Of a stretch of 64,000 nucleotides of DNA, positions 41,040 through 49,301 are shown piece after piece. A model generated the notes under the pieces. That model did no database searches. It saw only the letters and a program-made list of their open reading frames with translations, and had not been told where the DNA came from. The position numbers and the translations under genes were made by a program. How positions within the stretch are numbered: position 1 is the first letter of the stretch; the number at the start of each line of letters is the position of its first letter. The stretch is from a virus, in the IMG/VR virus record IMGVR_UViG_3300045988_164075; one strand, written 5' to 3'.

Positions 41040-41186
41040 ATGAAATACATTTTTATTTTGTTAACTTTATTATTTACAAGTTGCAATACATTAAAAATAC
41101 AGGTACAAGTAGGACCTGTTGGCAAACCTTGTAAAACATACATTAATACTTCTAATAAGGTTACTCCAGCAAATTTTCAGCAATAA
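41040..41186 (+). CDS. Small lipoprotein, 48 aa.
   Basis: MKYIFILLTLLFTSCNTLK.. is a signal ending in a lipobox-like Cys. Confidence 0.4.
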   Translation: MKYIFILLTLLFTSCNTLKIQVQVGPVGKPCKTYINTSNKVTPANFQQ

Positions 41187-41239
41187 TCTTTTAAATTATA
41201 TAGCTAATGTAACCTATTTTTAACTAATCAAAGTATATT

Positions 41240-41467
41240 ATGTTACAATTATTTGGACAAATTAATAAAAATGTTATTGATCCTACATATATTTCTAGTA
41301 TCCGTATTTGTGCTAGGAAAAGTCTGTTTACTGATCAACTAACGTTTTATAGTGTAGTTGAATTTTCTAAAGATGGGGAAAAATTTAAAAAGGAATTCGA
41401 CAATTGTAAAAATCTTTCAGATGCTTATGAACAAGTAAGAAAGTATGTTGAAAAGGTATGCAAGTAG
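41240..41467 (+). CDS. Hypothetical protein.
   Basis: 75-aa ORF. Confidence 0.4.
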   Translation: MLQLFGQINKNVIDPTYISSIRICARKSLFTDQLTFYSVVEFSKDGEKFKKEFDNCKNLSDAYEQVRKYVEKVCK

Positions 41468-41976
41468 AACATTTAAGTAATACTAGAAAGTGGCTTCTTG
41501 ATTATCCCGTATTTCATATAGATTTAGAAGACACTCTAACTTTTGTTAAAGATGTAAGTAACAATATTGTTAATAATAATCCTTATACTGATATTATTTT
41601 AGTAGGGACAGGATTATCAGGAGCAATGTTATGTAGTAGTATTGCGACTTATATTTATACTTATCTTGATTTTAGATGGAATATAGGAGTTCAAATATTA
41701 CGCAAACCTGAAGATAATAACAATCATTCAGTAGAAGCTATAGATTGTTATCATTTTCTAGAAAAAATATCTTCAAGGTATCGTCCTATTATTATAGTTA
41801 TCGATGATTTTATTTCATCTGGAGCAACAATAAATAGAATAATATCTGAACTAACAACAAAATACAATATTAAAAAGATAGATTATTTATATATTTCAAA
41901 TAGTTCCATAGATGTTTGTAAAAATGCACTAGGAGAAAATACAAAATATATAAATCATCTTTGTTTATATCGTTAG
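41458..41976 (+). CDS. Type I phosphoribosyltransferase.
   Basis: PRPP-binding motif ..RPIIIVIDDFISSGATINRI.. Confidence 0.6.
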   Translation: MQVEHLSNTRKWLLDYPVFHIDLEDTLTFVKDVSNNIVNNNPYTDIILVGTGLSGAMLCSSIATYIYTYLDFRWNIGVQILRKPEDNNNHSVEAIDCYHFLEKISSRYRPIIIVIDDFISSGATINRIISELTTKYNIKKIDYLYISNSSIDVCKNALGENTKYINHLCLYR

Positions 41977-41999
41977 TAGTTATTTTTAAAATAATAAAA

Positions 42000-42038
42000 G
42001 CGAGTGTTGTTTAATACGACACTCGCTTATTTTTTTTA
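42000..42038 (+). terminator. Rho-independent terminator.
   Basis: GCGAGTGT-N11-ACACTCGC followed by a T8 run. Confidence 0.65.
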
Positions 42039-42055
42039 ATTTAAATTTTTATAAG

Positions 42056-43744
42056 ATGTTTAACTGCAAACTTGATTCTTTATTTGAAAAGACTTCAACA
42101 TCTAATGGATTTGTTAACGCTGCTTTACAAAAATCAGCAGAAACACTAACTCAAAATGGAGCTAAGACATATAGTACTACAGGAGATCCTTTTGTAGATC
42201 AATTTGGGTCTATTAGTAAGTATAGAGAATTACGTGATTTCAGTTTAATTTGTTCAGATTGTGAGAAGCTATGGGCAGTTGATAAACTTCAAACTGTAAA
42301 GTTTATCTTCTTCTTACGTATGATTACACGTAAAATTGATTATATACACGATGGAGAAGTAAACAAAACAGAATTCTCTCAAAAAGGAGCTGAAATGCGT
42401 TATGAGGGAATTATGCGTTTAATTTGGCTTCATATTAAGTCTCCTGAAATATTCTGGAAAAACGCTTATCTTATTCCATTTATAGGCTCTTGGAAAGATA
42501 TATTTCTCATGCTACGATATGACCTTATATACAATGGCTGGGACAAACGTGTACTTGATTGGAACAGGTTCGAAGAATTAATTCATTTTGGTTTATCTAA
42601 AGATTCTACTAGAGAATTAGTTAAGAAGTATTTACCTCAAGTAAAAGCTAGATCTAAATGCGCAAGCTAATTGTATAATTGCAAAGTGGTTAGCTACAGG
42701 TTTATTTGGAAGTACAAAAAATCTTAACTATGAAGATAAATATGATGTCTATCGTCGATATGCTAGATTAAAATCTTCTGGAACAGCTCACGAATGGCAG
42801 CAACTTATTTCTAAAGGTAAGTATGATCTAATTAGATTTGAAACTATACATAGCAAAGCGTTAACAGTACTTGCTAGATCTAAGTTTTTTGATAATCATA
42901 ATCTTCGGGAAAAGTTTACAGAATGGATTACAGCTGATTCAACAGATAATGTAAAATCTACTGAATTTGTTCACGAACTATTTGCTCCTTATCCAAATAC
43001 TACTTTTTTGGACGTAATTTATCAGAAGTTCCTAAGGACCAACAAGCTTTAGTTAATAAGAAATTTTACACACTTGTTAATAAAGCAAAAGATCAAGAAA
43101 TTAAAACAAAATTTATTGTTGTTCGTGATACTTCTAGCTCAATGATTGCACATGCTATAGGAACTAAAGTATCTTCTTACGATATTGGAAAAGCGCTAGC
43201 TTTGTATTTCTCAGAATTTTTAACTGGACCTTTTTCTAACTGTTTTATGGAATTTGCAAATGATTGTAGATTGTGTAAATGGTATGGTAACACTCCCATA
43301 GAAAAGTGGTTTAATGATCATTCTGAAGCGTATGGAAGTACTAATTTCCAGAGTGTTATTGATTTATTTATTAAAATTAAAAAACAGGGAGTTGCTGAAT
43401 CTGATTTTCCTACAGGAATTATATGCATTAGTGACGGAGAGTTAGATCCAGTTAGTTTAAATGCATCTAATATTGAGGCAGCACGCAGGAAACTATTTTG
43501 GGCAGGATTTTCTGAAGAATTTGTGGATAATTTTGTAATAGTTATGTGGAATATTACAAATGATTATTATGATGAACATTCACGTGTTAACTTTGATACT
43601 TATGGGAATGTAAAAAATACTTTCTACTTTGGAGGATATTCTGCAAGTGTATTAACCTTTCTGTTTACAGGAGAATTGAAGACTACTACTGATTTGTATA
43701 AAGCTGCTATGAATCAGGAAATTTTAAATTTAGTTCAAATCTAA
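42056..43744 (+). pseudogene. DUF2828/vWA-like protein in three frames: a +1 shift near 42640-42670 and a -1 shift at 43005.
   Basis: N-terminal piece ..LTQNGAKTYSTTGDPFVDQFG.. (42056..42670), middle piece ..CIIAKWLATGLFGS..HEWQQLISKG.., C-terminal piece (43142..43744) ..ICISDGELDP.. The second switch is on ACT TTT TTG. Confidence 0.55.
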
Positions 43745-43793
43745 ATTATAAAGAAGGAGATTCACTCCTTCTTTATTTTTTAATTTCTTAATT

Positions 43794-43919
43794 ATGCCAA
43801 AACGGTTAAAAGATTACCAAATAGGTAGTGATCAAGTAGAGGAAATTAGAAACAAAAAGAAACCTCGTAAATTTAAAGATAACGAGGACTATAACAAGAA
43901 TAAGAAAAGAAAAAAATGA
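43794..43919 (+). CDS. Small basic protein.
   Basis: MPKRLKDYQIGSDQVEEIRNKKKPRKF.. ends in TGA within ATGA. Confidence 0.3.
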   Translation: MPKRLKDYQIGSDQVEEIRNKKKPRKFKDNEDYNKNKKRKK

Positions 43920-44218
43920 TCAAACAATTATTAAAGTATTGTTTGAATCTCCTATTTCCAAAGAAAAAAGAACTTTTATTAAATGAAATTACTGTAGATC
44001 CATTAAAAAAGATTAAAGACATACAAATATACGATGATGTTTATATTCAAATAGATAACCAAATTTATACCGCTTGAGTTATGCAAAAAAATATCAACTC
44101 AATTATTATAGGTTATACGATTGGAGAAGATTTTAAGGAATATACATTTAACATCAGAGGTATGTGAAATAAAACTCAAATTATTCAGGATAATAAAATG
44201 TTAATTCTTAACAAATAA
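43916..44218 (+). CDS. Hypothetical protein with two in-frame TGA inside the otherwise standard-code block.
   Basis: MIKQLLKYCLNLLFPKKKE...QIYTA W VMQKN...IRGM W NKTQIIQDNKMLILNK*. Confidence 0.45.
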
Positions 44219-44577
44219 TGTTTATTGTTATCATTTTAATAGTAATGGAAATAATTGCGGTTTATACTGCAATTATATCTATAATTGTTTTTGCGAAAGA
44301 AGATTCTGGAATTCGACTTGATAGAGCAATTTTTGGAATTGTTTTGTCACTAGTGCCATTTGCTGGTATATTGTTGGTCATGATATTTCAAGTATGGATT
44401 TGCGATAAATATAATTATCATACAGACTATATAAGACTTTATTATCCAGGATATACATTACTTGAAGCAAAAACAACAAACAATGTTGTTCGCAGAATTA
44501 TTAACTGGTATATAAATGCAGTTCCAGTTATCCATATTCAGAAGTTCAAAGTTAATAAAAATTCAAATCAACAATAG
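44218..44577 (+). CDS. Membrane protein.
   Basis: 119-aa ORF with two TM helices. Confidence 0.45.
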   Translation: MFIVIILIVMEIIAVYTAIISIIVFAKEDSGIRLDRAIFGIVLSLVPFAGILLVMIFQVWICDKYNYHTDYIRLYYPGYTLLEAKTTNNVVRRIINWYINAVPVIHIQKFKVNKNSNQQ

Positions 44578-44640
44578 TCTAAGTTTAATTATAGTCTCTC
44601 TTTTTGTTAGTAAACCTAGATTATTGTTAACATTAAAAAT

Positions 44641-45102
44641 ATGACTTTGAAGTTTGTCCAAGATACATCTATTCTAGATGCAGAACAAATGTATCGTATA
44701 AATATTGTAAATTGTCGAAATATTTTTGATAAAAAAGTGCGAAATAAATTTCCAATAGTTTATCAAGAATATCGTAAATTATTTTTGAATGCAGACTTAG
44801 AATTATGTGATTCTTATATGGGTAAAATCCATCCTATTTTTGTTGGAGGGGATAAAGGGTGGGTTATTAATGTTTTTGCAGAACAATTTCCATATTTAAT
44901 TAAATTCTCAGCTTTTGAACAATGTTTAAATAAAGTTAAGAATTATATTCTTAAAGAGTCTCCAGTTTTATTTCACGAACTTGCGATTGAAGTAAATCCA
45001 ATGCATAGAGAATTTTATAAACACATTTTTAAACGTATATTTGAAGATACTGATTTTGAAATATACATATACGATAAGTTTTTGGATGATTTTTCGAATT
45101 AG
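44641..45102 (+). CDS. Hypothetical protein.
   Basis: 153-aa ORF. Confidence 0.45.
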   Translation: MTLKFVQDTSILDAEQMYRINIVNCRNIFDKKVRNKFPIVYQEYRKLFLNADLELCDSYMGKIHPIFVGGDKGWVINVFAEQFPYLIKFSAFEQCLNKVKNYILKESPVLFHELAIEVNPMHREFYKHIFKRIFEDTDFEIYIYDKFLDDFSN

Positions 45103-45109
45103 ATATAAT

Positions 45110-45126
45110 ATATCTATGTAAGTCTT
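45110..45126 (-). repeat. Inverted 17-nt copy of the 26-kb repeat (AAGACTTACATAGATAT).
   Basis: ATATCTATGTAAGTCTT is the exact reverse complement of 26072-26088. Confidence 0.85.
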
Positions 45127-45198
45127 TTAATTTAAAAATATTTTTCGTATTTTTGTAGTTGTCTAGTAGATTAAAAATTCAATAATAAATCTAATTAA

Positions 45199-45390
45199 TT
45201 GTTTATGAAGAAAGTTTTTATTGTAGCTATCATGTTCTTTAGTCTAATGATAGCTTGTAATACTACTGGTGTAAAAAATACAACTGTAGACTCAGTAGAA
45301 GTAGTAACAGATACAACTAAAACTGATTCTATTATTGTAGATTCAGTTGATAGTGTAGCTATTGACTCTGTTGTAACAGATAGTATTTAA
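45199..45390 (+). CDS. Putative lipoprotein with a D/S/V-rich repeat.
   Basis: ..VAIMFFSLMIACNTTG.. followed by repeated DSV motifs. Confidence 0.4.
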   Translation: MFMKKVFIVAIMFFSLMIACNTTGVKNTTVDSVEVVTDTTKTDSIIVDSVDSVAIDSVVTDSI

Positions 45391-45485
45391 TTTTTATTTG
45401 CCTGTACCCTTGAATATGATTAGATTCATAGAAACTCGGATAAGTTCAGCAGGTCTTTTATAGATAAAAGGGTAGGAAAGAATAA

Positions 45486-45574
45486 GGAGAGTAAACCTTG
45501 ATGGTGATAGGAACAACCTGCTAAGTTGTTTTGTACTTAGAAATAAGTATATAGTTCGATTCTATTGCTCTCCG
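45486..45574 (+). tRNA. tRNA-Ser(GCT), class II.
   Basis: GGAGAGT/GCTCTCC, ACAAC-CTGCTAA-GTTGT, long variable arm, ATAG-TTCGATT-CTAT. Confidence 0.7.
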
Positions 45575-45579
45575 CAAAA

Positions 45580-45662
45580 GCTCAGGTGGAGGAATTAGGC
45601 AGACTCGCTACACTTAGGATGTAGTTCTTTATGAATTGTGGGTTCGAGTCCCACCCTGAGTA
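45580..45662 (+). tRNA. tRNA-Leu(TAG), class II.
   Basis: GCTCAGG/CCTGAGT, CTACA-CTTAGGA-TGTAG, long variable arm, GTGGG-TTCGAGT-CCCAC. Confidence 0.8.
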
Positions 45663-45678
45663 CTAAAATAATTAAATT

Positions 45679-46128
45679 ATGAATAATATTGTTTTCTTAG
45701 ATATCGATGGGGTATTGAATTATACAGAATGGTATATTTGTCCTCGTAATGAGTTAAAATCTGACTTAGATCCATTTTGTATAGAACGTATAAAAGTATT
45801 ATGTAGAATAACTAATTCAAAAATAGTTATTTCTAGCGATTGGAGATATTCTACTGGTTATAAAAAATTATTGAAGGATAATGATTTTATAGAATTGATT
45901 ATAGATGAAACTCCAGAACATATGTTTGATGTATCTCAAGAAGATAAATCTAGAGGTTCAGAGATTCAACATTGGTGGAATAATTTTGGAAAATTATATA
46001 AAGATTATATAATTATTGACGATAGAACTGATTTTTTGGAACATCAGAAAAGTAAGTTAATTCAAGTTAATCCACAAATTGGATTTACTGATTTAAATTT
46101 ATTAGATGCGGTATATTTATTAAACTAG
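45679..46128 (+). CDS. HAD-superfamily phosphatase-like protein.
   Basis: Motif I MNNIVFLDIDGVLNY, later ..ISSDWR.. and ..IIIDDR.. Confidence 0.55.
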   Translation: MNNIVFLDIDGVLNYTEWYICPRNELKSDLDPFCIERIKVLCRITNSKIVISSDWRYSTGYKKLLKDNDFIELIIDETPEHMFDVSQEDKSRGSEIQHWWNNFGKLYKDYIIIDDRTDFLEHQKSKLIQVNPQIGFTDLNLLDAVYLLN

Positions 46129-46208
46129 CTTTTTGTAAATGTAATTAAATATTATAGATAAAGTCTAATAACATTTAATTATTAATATAATAAAATAAGT
46201 ATAAAAAC

Positions 46209-46475
46209 ATGACTCAACCTGAATATTCTACAATACTATGTTCTTGTAATTTTTCAGAACACTTATTAATTCTTCATTTTAATAAAGACGATAAAGAAAT
46301 ATATTTGGAATATCATTTATGTTCTCTTCCATTTTGGAAACGAGTAATAATAGGTATTAAATATATATTTGGCTATCGTAGTAAATACGGAGAATACGGA
46401 GAATTCATTATCTCAAAAGATAACTATAAACAATTTAAAGAAATTCTTACATTTTTTGAAGATGAAACTAAATAA
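46209..46475 (+). CDS. Hypothetical protein.
   Basis: 88-aa ORF. Confidence 0.4.
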   Translation: MTQPEYSTILCSCNFSEHLLILHFNKDDKEIYLEYHLCSLPFWKRVIIGIKYIFGYRSKYGEYGEFIISKDNYKQFKEILTFFEDETK

Positions 46476-46665
46476 AGCTGAAATTATTTCTGAAGCTAAT
46501 GCTAGGCCGCAGCGTATTAGATATGGTCAAGCTATATTTAATGTTGCATATAAGATGTATCCAAATGCGGTAAATAAATTAAGAGGAACAGATCTTGACT
46601 GTTTTTATCAAGATGAAAAAGTTGACAAATTTCTTAATGCTTTAGAAAATTTATTACTTAAGTAA
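46462..46665 (+). CDS. Hypothetical protein.
   Basis: ORF 46369..46665 trimmed to ATG 46462 (MKLNKAEIIS..). Confidence 0.4.
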   Translation: MKLNKAEIISEANARPQRIRYGQAIFNVAYKMYPNAVNKLRGTDLDCFYQDEKVDKFLNALENLLLK

Positions 46666-46922
46666 TGCTTTTTGGAACTATTGCTTGTATTATAATTACT
46701 TTAGCCTACTTACCACAATGTATTTTTATTTATAAAACAAAAGATACTTGCGGTTTATCATTTAATACATTTTTAGCTATTTGGATTGGAATGTTGTTCT
46801 GGATAGTACACTCTATTATTATAAATGATTTACCTTTATTAATTAGTAGCTTAGCTAGCTTTACTCAAAATAGTTATATATTGTATAATATTATTAAAAA
46901 TAGATCTAATGGACTCATATAA
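46665..46922 (+). CDS. SemiSWEET / PQ-loop-like 3-TM protein.
   Basis: 85 aa with three helices and ..LAYLPQCIFIYKTKDT.., a PQ motif in TM1. Confidence 0.5.
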   Translation: MLFGTIACIIITLAYLPQCIFIYKTKDTCGLSFNTFLAIWIGMLFWIVHSIIINDLPLLISSLASFTQNSYILYNIIKNRSNGLI

Positions 46923-47145
46923 TGCGTTAATGACTTCTTTATATAATGCTAGATGGAATGACATGTGTGAACCTAAAACATTGGATGATATATTTGAAGC
47001 AATTAGGAAAGCTGCAAATAAAGGAAAGTTTGGAATTATCTATTTTGGAGATTATCATAAACCTGAATTTGTACCTGAATTAACTCAGCTTGGATTTAGA
47101 ATTATATACAATGATATAAATGATATATATTATATATTATGGTAA
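46909..47145 (+). CDS. Hypothetical protein, paralogue of 47139..47378.
   Basis: ..AANKGKFGIIYFGDY..VPELTQLGFRIIY..YYILW versus ..ATKGKFGIFIKNSN..IPELEADSYLV..YIGIYW. Confidence 0.45.
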   Translation: MDSYNALMTSLYNARWNDMCEPKTLDDIFEAIRKAANKGKFGIIYFGDYHKPEFVPELTQLGFRIIYNDINDIYYILW

Positions 47146-47378
47146 ATGCAAATATTATGAGAAAAGTTGCTGCCGATAACTCATTAAATAATACTAAAAT
47201 AGTAGTTATTGATAGTATAGGTGAAATAGAAGATATTATTATCTCTGAAGCAACAAAAGGAAAGTTTGGAATTTTTATTAAAAATTCAAATTTAGATTTC
47301 CAACAAATAATCCCTGAATTAGAAGCTGACTCTTACTTAGTAGATAATTACGGAGATTATATAGGAATATATTGGTAA
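47139..47378 (+). CDS. Hypothetical protein (paralogue).
   Basis: 79-aa ORF. Confidence 0.45.
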   Translation: MVNANIMRKVAADNSLNNTKIVVIDSIGEIEDIIISEATKGKFGIFIKNSNLDFQQIIPELEADSYLVDNYGDYIGIYW

Positions 47379-47393
47379 TTGCAAGAATTAATA

Positions 47394-47682
47394 GCGCTGG
47401 TAGTTTACGTTGGCAGAACGCTGGTCTTTAAAATGGAGCTTTATAGTAGAAATACTATAAATGTACTTGATGATAACGTTGAATCCTTAACAGATAGTGC
47501 TGATGGTAACGACGTCGGAATAGAATAATTTCTAGCCGCGAGAGAGCAGATAATCAAGCATCTAAGTCAATTTTGATATGATGAAGACGTGCTCCAGACT
47601 ACAAACAAGATGTACTTTTTGGTAGTGAAAACTATAGTAGTAAGCAAAACCAGAAGAAGGGGATCGTCACCTCTACAGCGCG
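47394..47682 (+). tRNA. tRNA-Trp-like opal suppressor, tRNA(UCA), interrupted by a group I intron. Exons are 47394..47428 and 47645..47682.
   Basis: 5' half GCGCTGG-TA-GTTT-ACGTTGGCA-GAAC-G-CTGGT-CTT. 3' half CAAA-ACCAG-AAGA-AGGGG-ATCGTCA-CCTCT-ACAGCGC-G. The spliced loop is CT-TCA-AA. The anticodon arm and the G discriminator resemble E. coli tRNA-Trp (CCGGU-CUCCAAA-ACCGG, G73, recalled from memory). There is one G7-A66 mismatch. Confidence 0.65.
47429..47644 (+). mobile_element. Group I (IC3-like) intron in the anticodon loop between positions 34 and 35, 216 nt, no ORF.
   Basis: Starts after U and ends in G. GAAA-capped hairpin TATAGTA-GAAA-TACTATA (47442-47459). Long-range GGAGC (47435)/GCTCC (47591) pairing. 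GATGAAGACGTGCTCCAGACTA (47580-47601) resembles the J8/7-P7 region of tRNA group I introns and the GATGAAAA..GCTGAACTA cores of the other introns here. Confidence 0.55.
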
Positions 47683-47709
47683 CAAAATTTAATTAAACTT
47701 ATATATATT

Positions 47710-47949
47710 ATGTTGTGAATTATATATTTTTTAACAATTATTATTACGTTTATTATAATATTATCAGTAGATTTATATGTTAATTGTAAAAATTATACTA
47801 AATTTGATTTATTTACTGAAATAACTTTTAGTATCATACCTATAATTAACTTAGTTATGATAATATATTATTTAGTTTATCTTAAACGAAATAATATTAA
47901 AATTAAAGAAGTAATAACACTTTTCTTTAAAACTTTATTGAATAAATAA
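47710..47949 (+). CDS. Membrane protein, first recoded gene after the suppressor tRNA.
   Basis: ML W IIYFLTIIITFIIILSVDLY.., with TGA as codon 3. Confidence 0.45.
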
Positions 47950-47950
47950 T

Positions 47951-48166
47951 ATGAATTTACCTATCGGAATATTTGAAGAAGATATCAGACCTATTCAGAA
48001 TCAGTATCCTAACATTGATTTAAAAGAAGCAATTGTTTTATTTCTTAGACGTGATAATTGAACATATGGTAATATACAAAAAAAGTTAGGTAATCCATCA
48101 AAAAAGTGAATTAGGGAAGTATTATTAAAATATGAACCAAGTTTAGTTAATATTCAGTCTTACTAA
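47951..48166 (+). CDS. Hypothetical protein, two in-frame TGA.
   Basis: MNLPIGIFEEDIRPIQ..RRDN W TYGNIQKKLGNPSKK W IREVLLKY.. Confidence 0.45.
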
Positions 48167-48636
48167 TGAATAATTTCCTTAAAATAGGTAAGCAAAAAGA
48201 GAAAGAATTTGCTCAAATTTTAATCGATAATTTTGGAGGAACTATTACATATCCTTCTAAAAAAGTAGATATGTTTGATCACATTGATTTGTACTGAAAT
48301 AATATAGGATTTGATGTAAAAGGAGTTAAAGGCGAAACAAGATCTGGACCATTAAATGATAGATTTCATTGAATTGAATATCAAAATAGAAATGGAGAAA
48401 AAGGATGACTAAATGGGAAAGCAAAATATTTTGCTTTTGAAACATTTAGCAGTTGAATTATAGTTTCTAAAAATCGAATTAAATCTCTTTTATATGATAA
48501 AGTAGATTATTCTAAAATAGTTAGATTTAATCCCAAAGTATATCAAGTATATATGCGTCCTACAGCTAAAGACCTAATTATCAAAGTTCCTACGTCTGAT
48601 TTAATGTTATTCGCTACTAAAATTATTTCAAAATAA
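48166..48636 (+). CDS. PD-(D/E)xK nuclease-like protein, four in-frame TGA.
   Basis: ..VDMFDHIDLY W NNIGFDVKGVKG.. matches a D...(D/E)xK pattern. TAATG overlaps at both ends. Confidence 0.45.
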
Positions 48637-48821
48637 TGCAACTTTATTCTGTTACTTATTGTGCAAAAAATACTGATTCTGAAACTAATTCAGAATCAGT
48701 AATAATGAAAGTTTACGATAATATTAAACATCCAACAGAGGAATATTTTTTAAAACAACTCTTTGGAAAATTAGATTATATGTATGAAATAATTCAGTTT
48801 CAAAAACTTAAAACCGAATAA
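48636..48821 (+). CDS. Hypothetical protein.
   Basis: 61-aa ORF. Confidence 0.35.
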   Translation: MQLYSVTYCAKNTDSETNSESVIMKVYDNIKHPTEEYFLKQLFGKLDYMYEIIQFQKLKTE

Positions 48822-48822
48822 T

Positions 48823-49008
48823 ATGTTGTATTTAATTCTTAATCACAAAACTCAAATTGCGAAGTTAAAAAGTAGTTTTCAACCTCAAAGTATTGTTTAT
48901 ATTGATAATTTTAAAATGGATACTGATGATCTAGGCACTACTATTTTTAACGATAATATAAGCATTTGGTGGCCAAACGATGGAATAGTCATACATCAAT
49001 ATAAATAA
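48823..49008 (+). CDS. Hypothetical protein.
   Basis: 61-aa ORF. Confidence 0.35.
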   Translation: MLYLILNHKTQIAKLKSSFQPQSIVYIDNFKMDTDDLGTTIFNDNISIWWPNDGIVIHQYK

Positions 49009-49016
49009 AATCAGAT

Positions 49017-49088
49017 GTTCCTGTAATTCAAGGGATAGAATATCTGCCTTCTAAGCAGAATATCTTAGTTCGAGTCTAAGCAGGAACA
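49017..49088 (+). tRNA. tRNA-Arg(TCT).
   Basis: GTTCCTG/CAGGAAC, TCTGC-CTTCTAA-GCAGA, CTTAG-TTCGAGT-CTAAG. Confidence 0.85.
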
Positions 49089-49107
49089 CAATTCTAATTA
49101 TTATTTT

Positions 49108-49299
49108 ATGGCAAAATATATTGTAACTTATTGTCCTGAGTGTCAACGTAATACTACTCATAAAATTTATGTAGAAGATGGGTATGGTGTTTCAGGAATA
49201 TCGAGAATATTTTCAAACTTAATTAGTTTAGGTTTATGTAATATTGGCAATATTACTTATTGTACATGCTTAAATTGTGGGAATACTAAAGAAATTTAA
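49108..49299 (+). CDS. Zn-ribbon protein.
   Basis: CPECQ...CLNCG. Confidence 0.45.
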   Translation: MAKYIVTYCPECQRNTTHKIYVEDGYGVSGISRIFSNLISLGLCNIGNITYCTCLNCGNTKEI

Positions 49300-49301
49300 T
49301 T

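Noticed and set aside
45404-45473. A 70-nt segment with a perfect 7-bp acceptor-like stem (TACCCTT/AAGGGTA) upstream of tRNA-Ser.
   Set aside because: It has no T-arm and only a 3-bp anticodon stem. It is not called as a tRNA.
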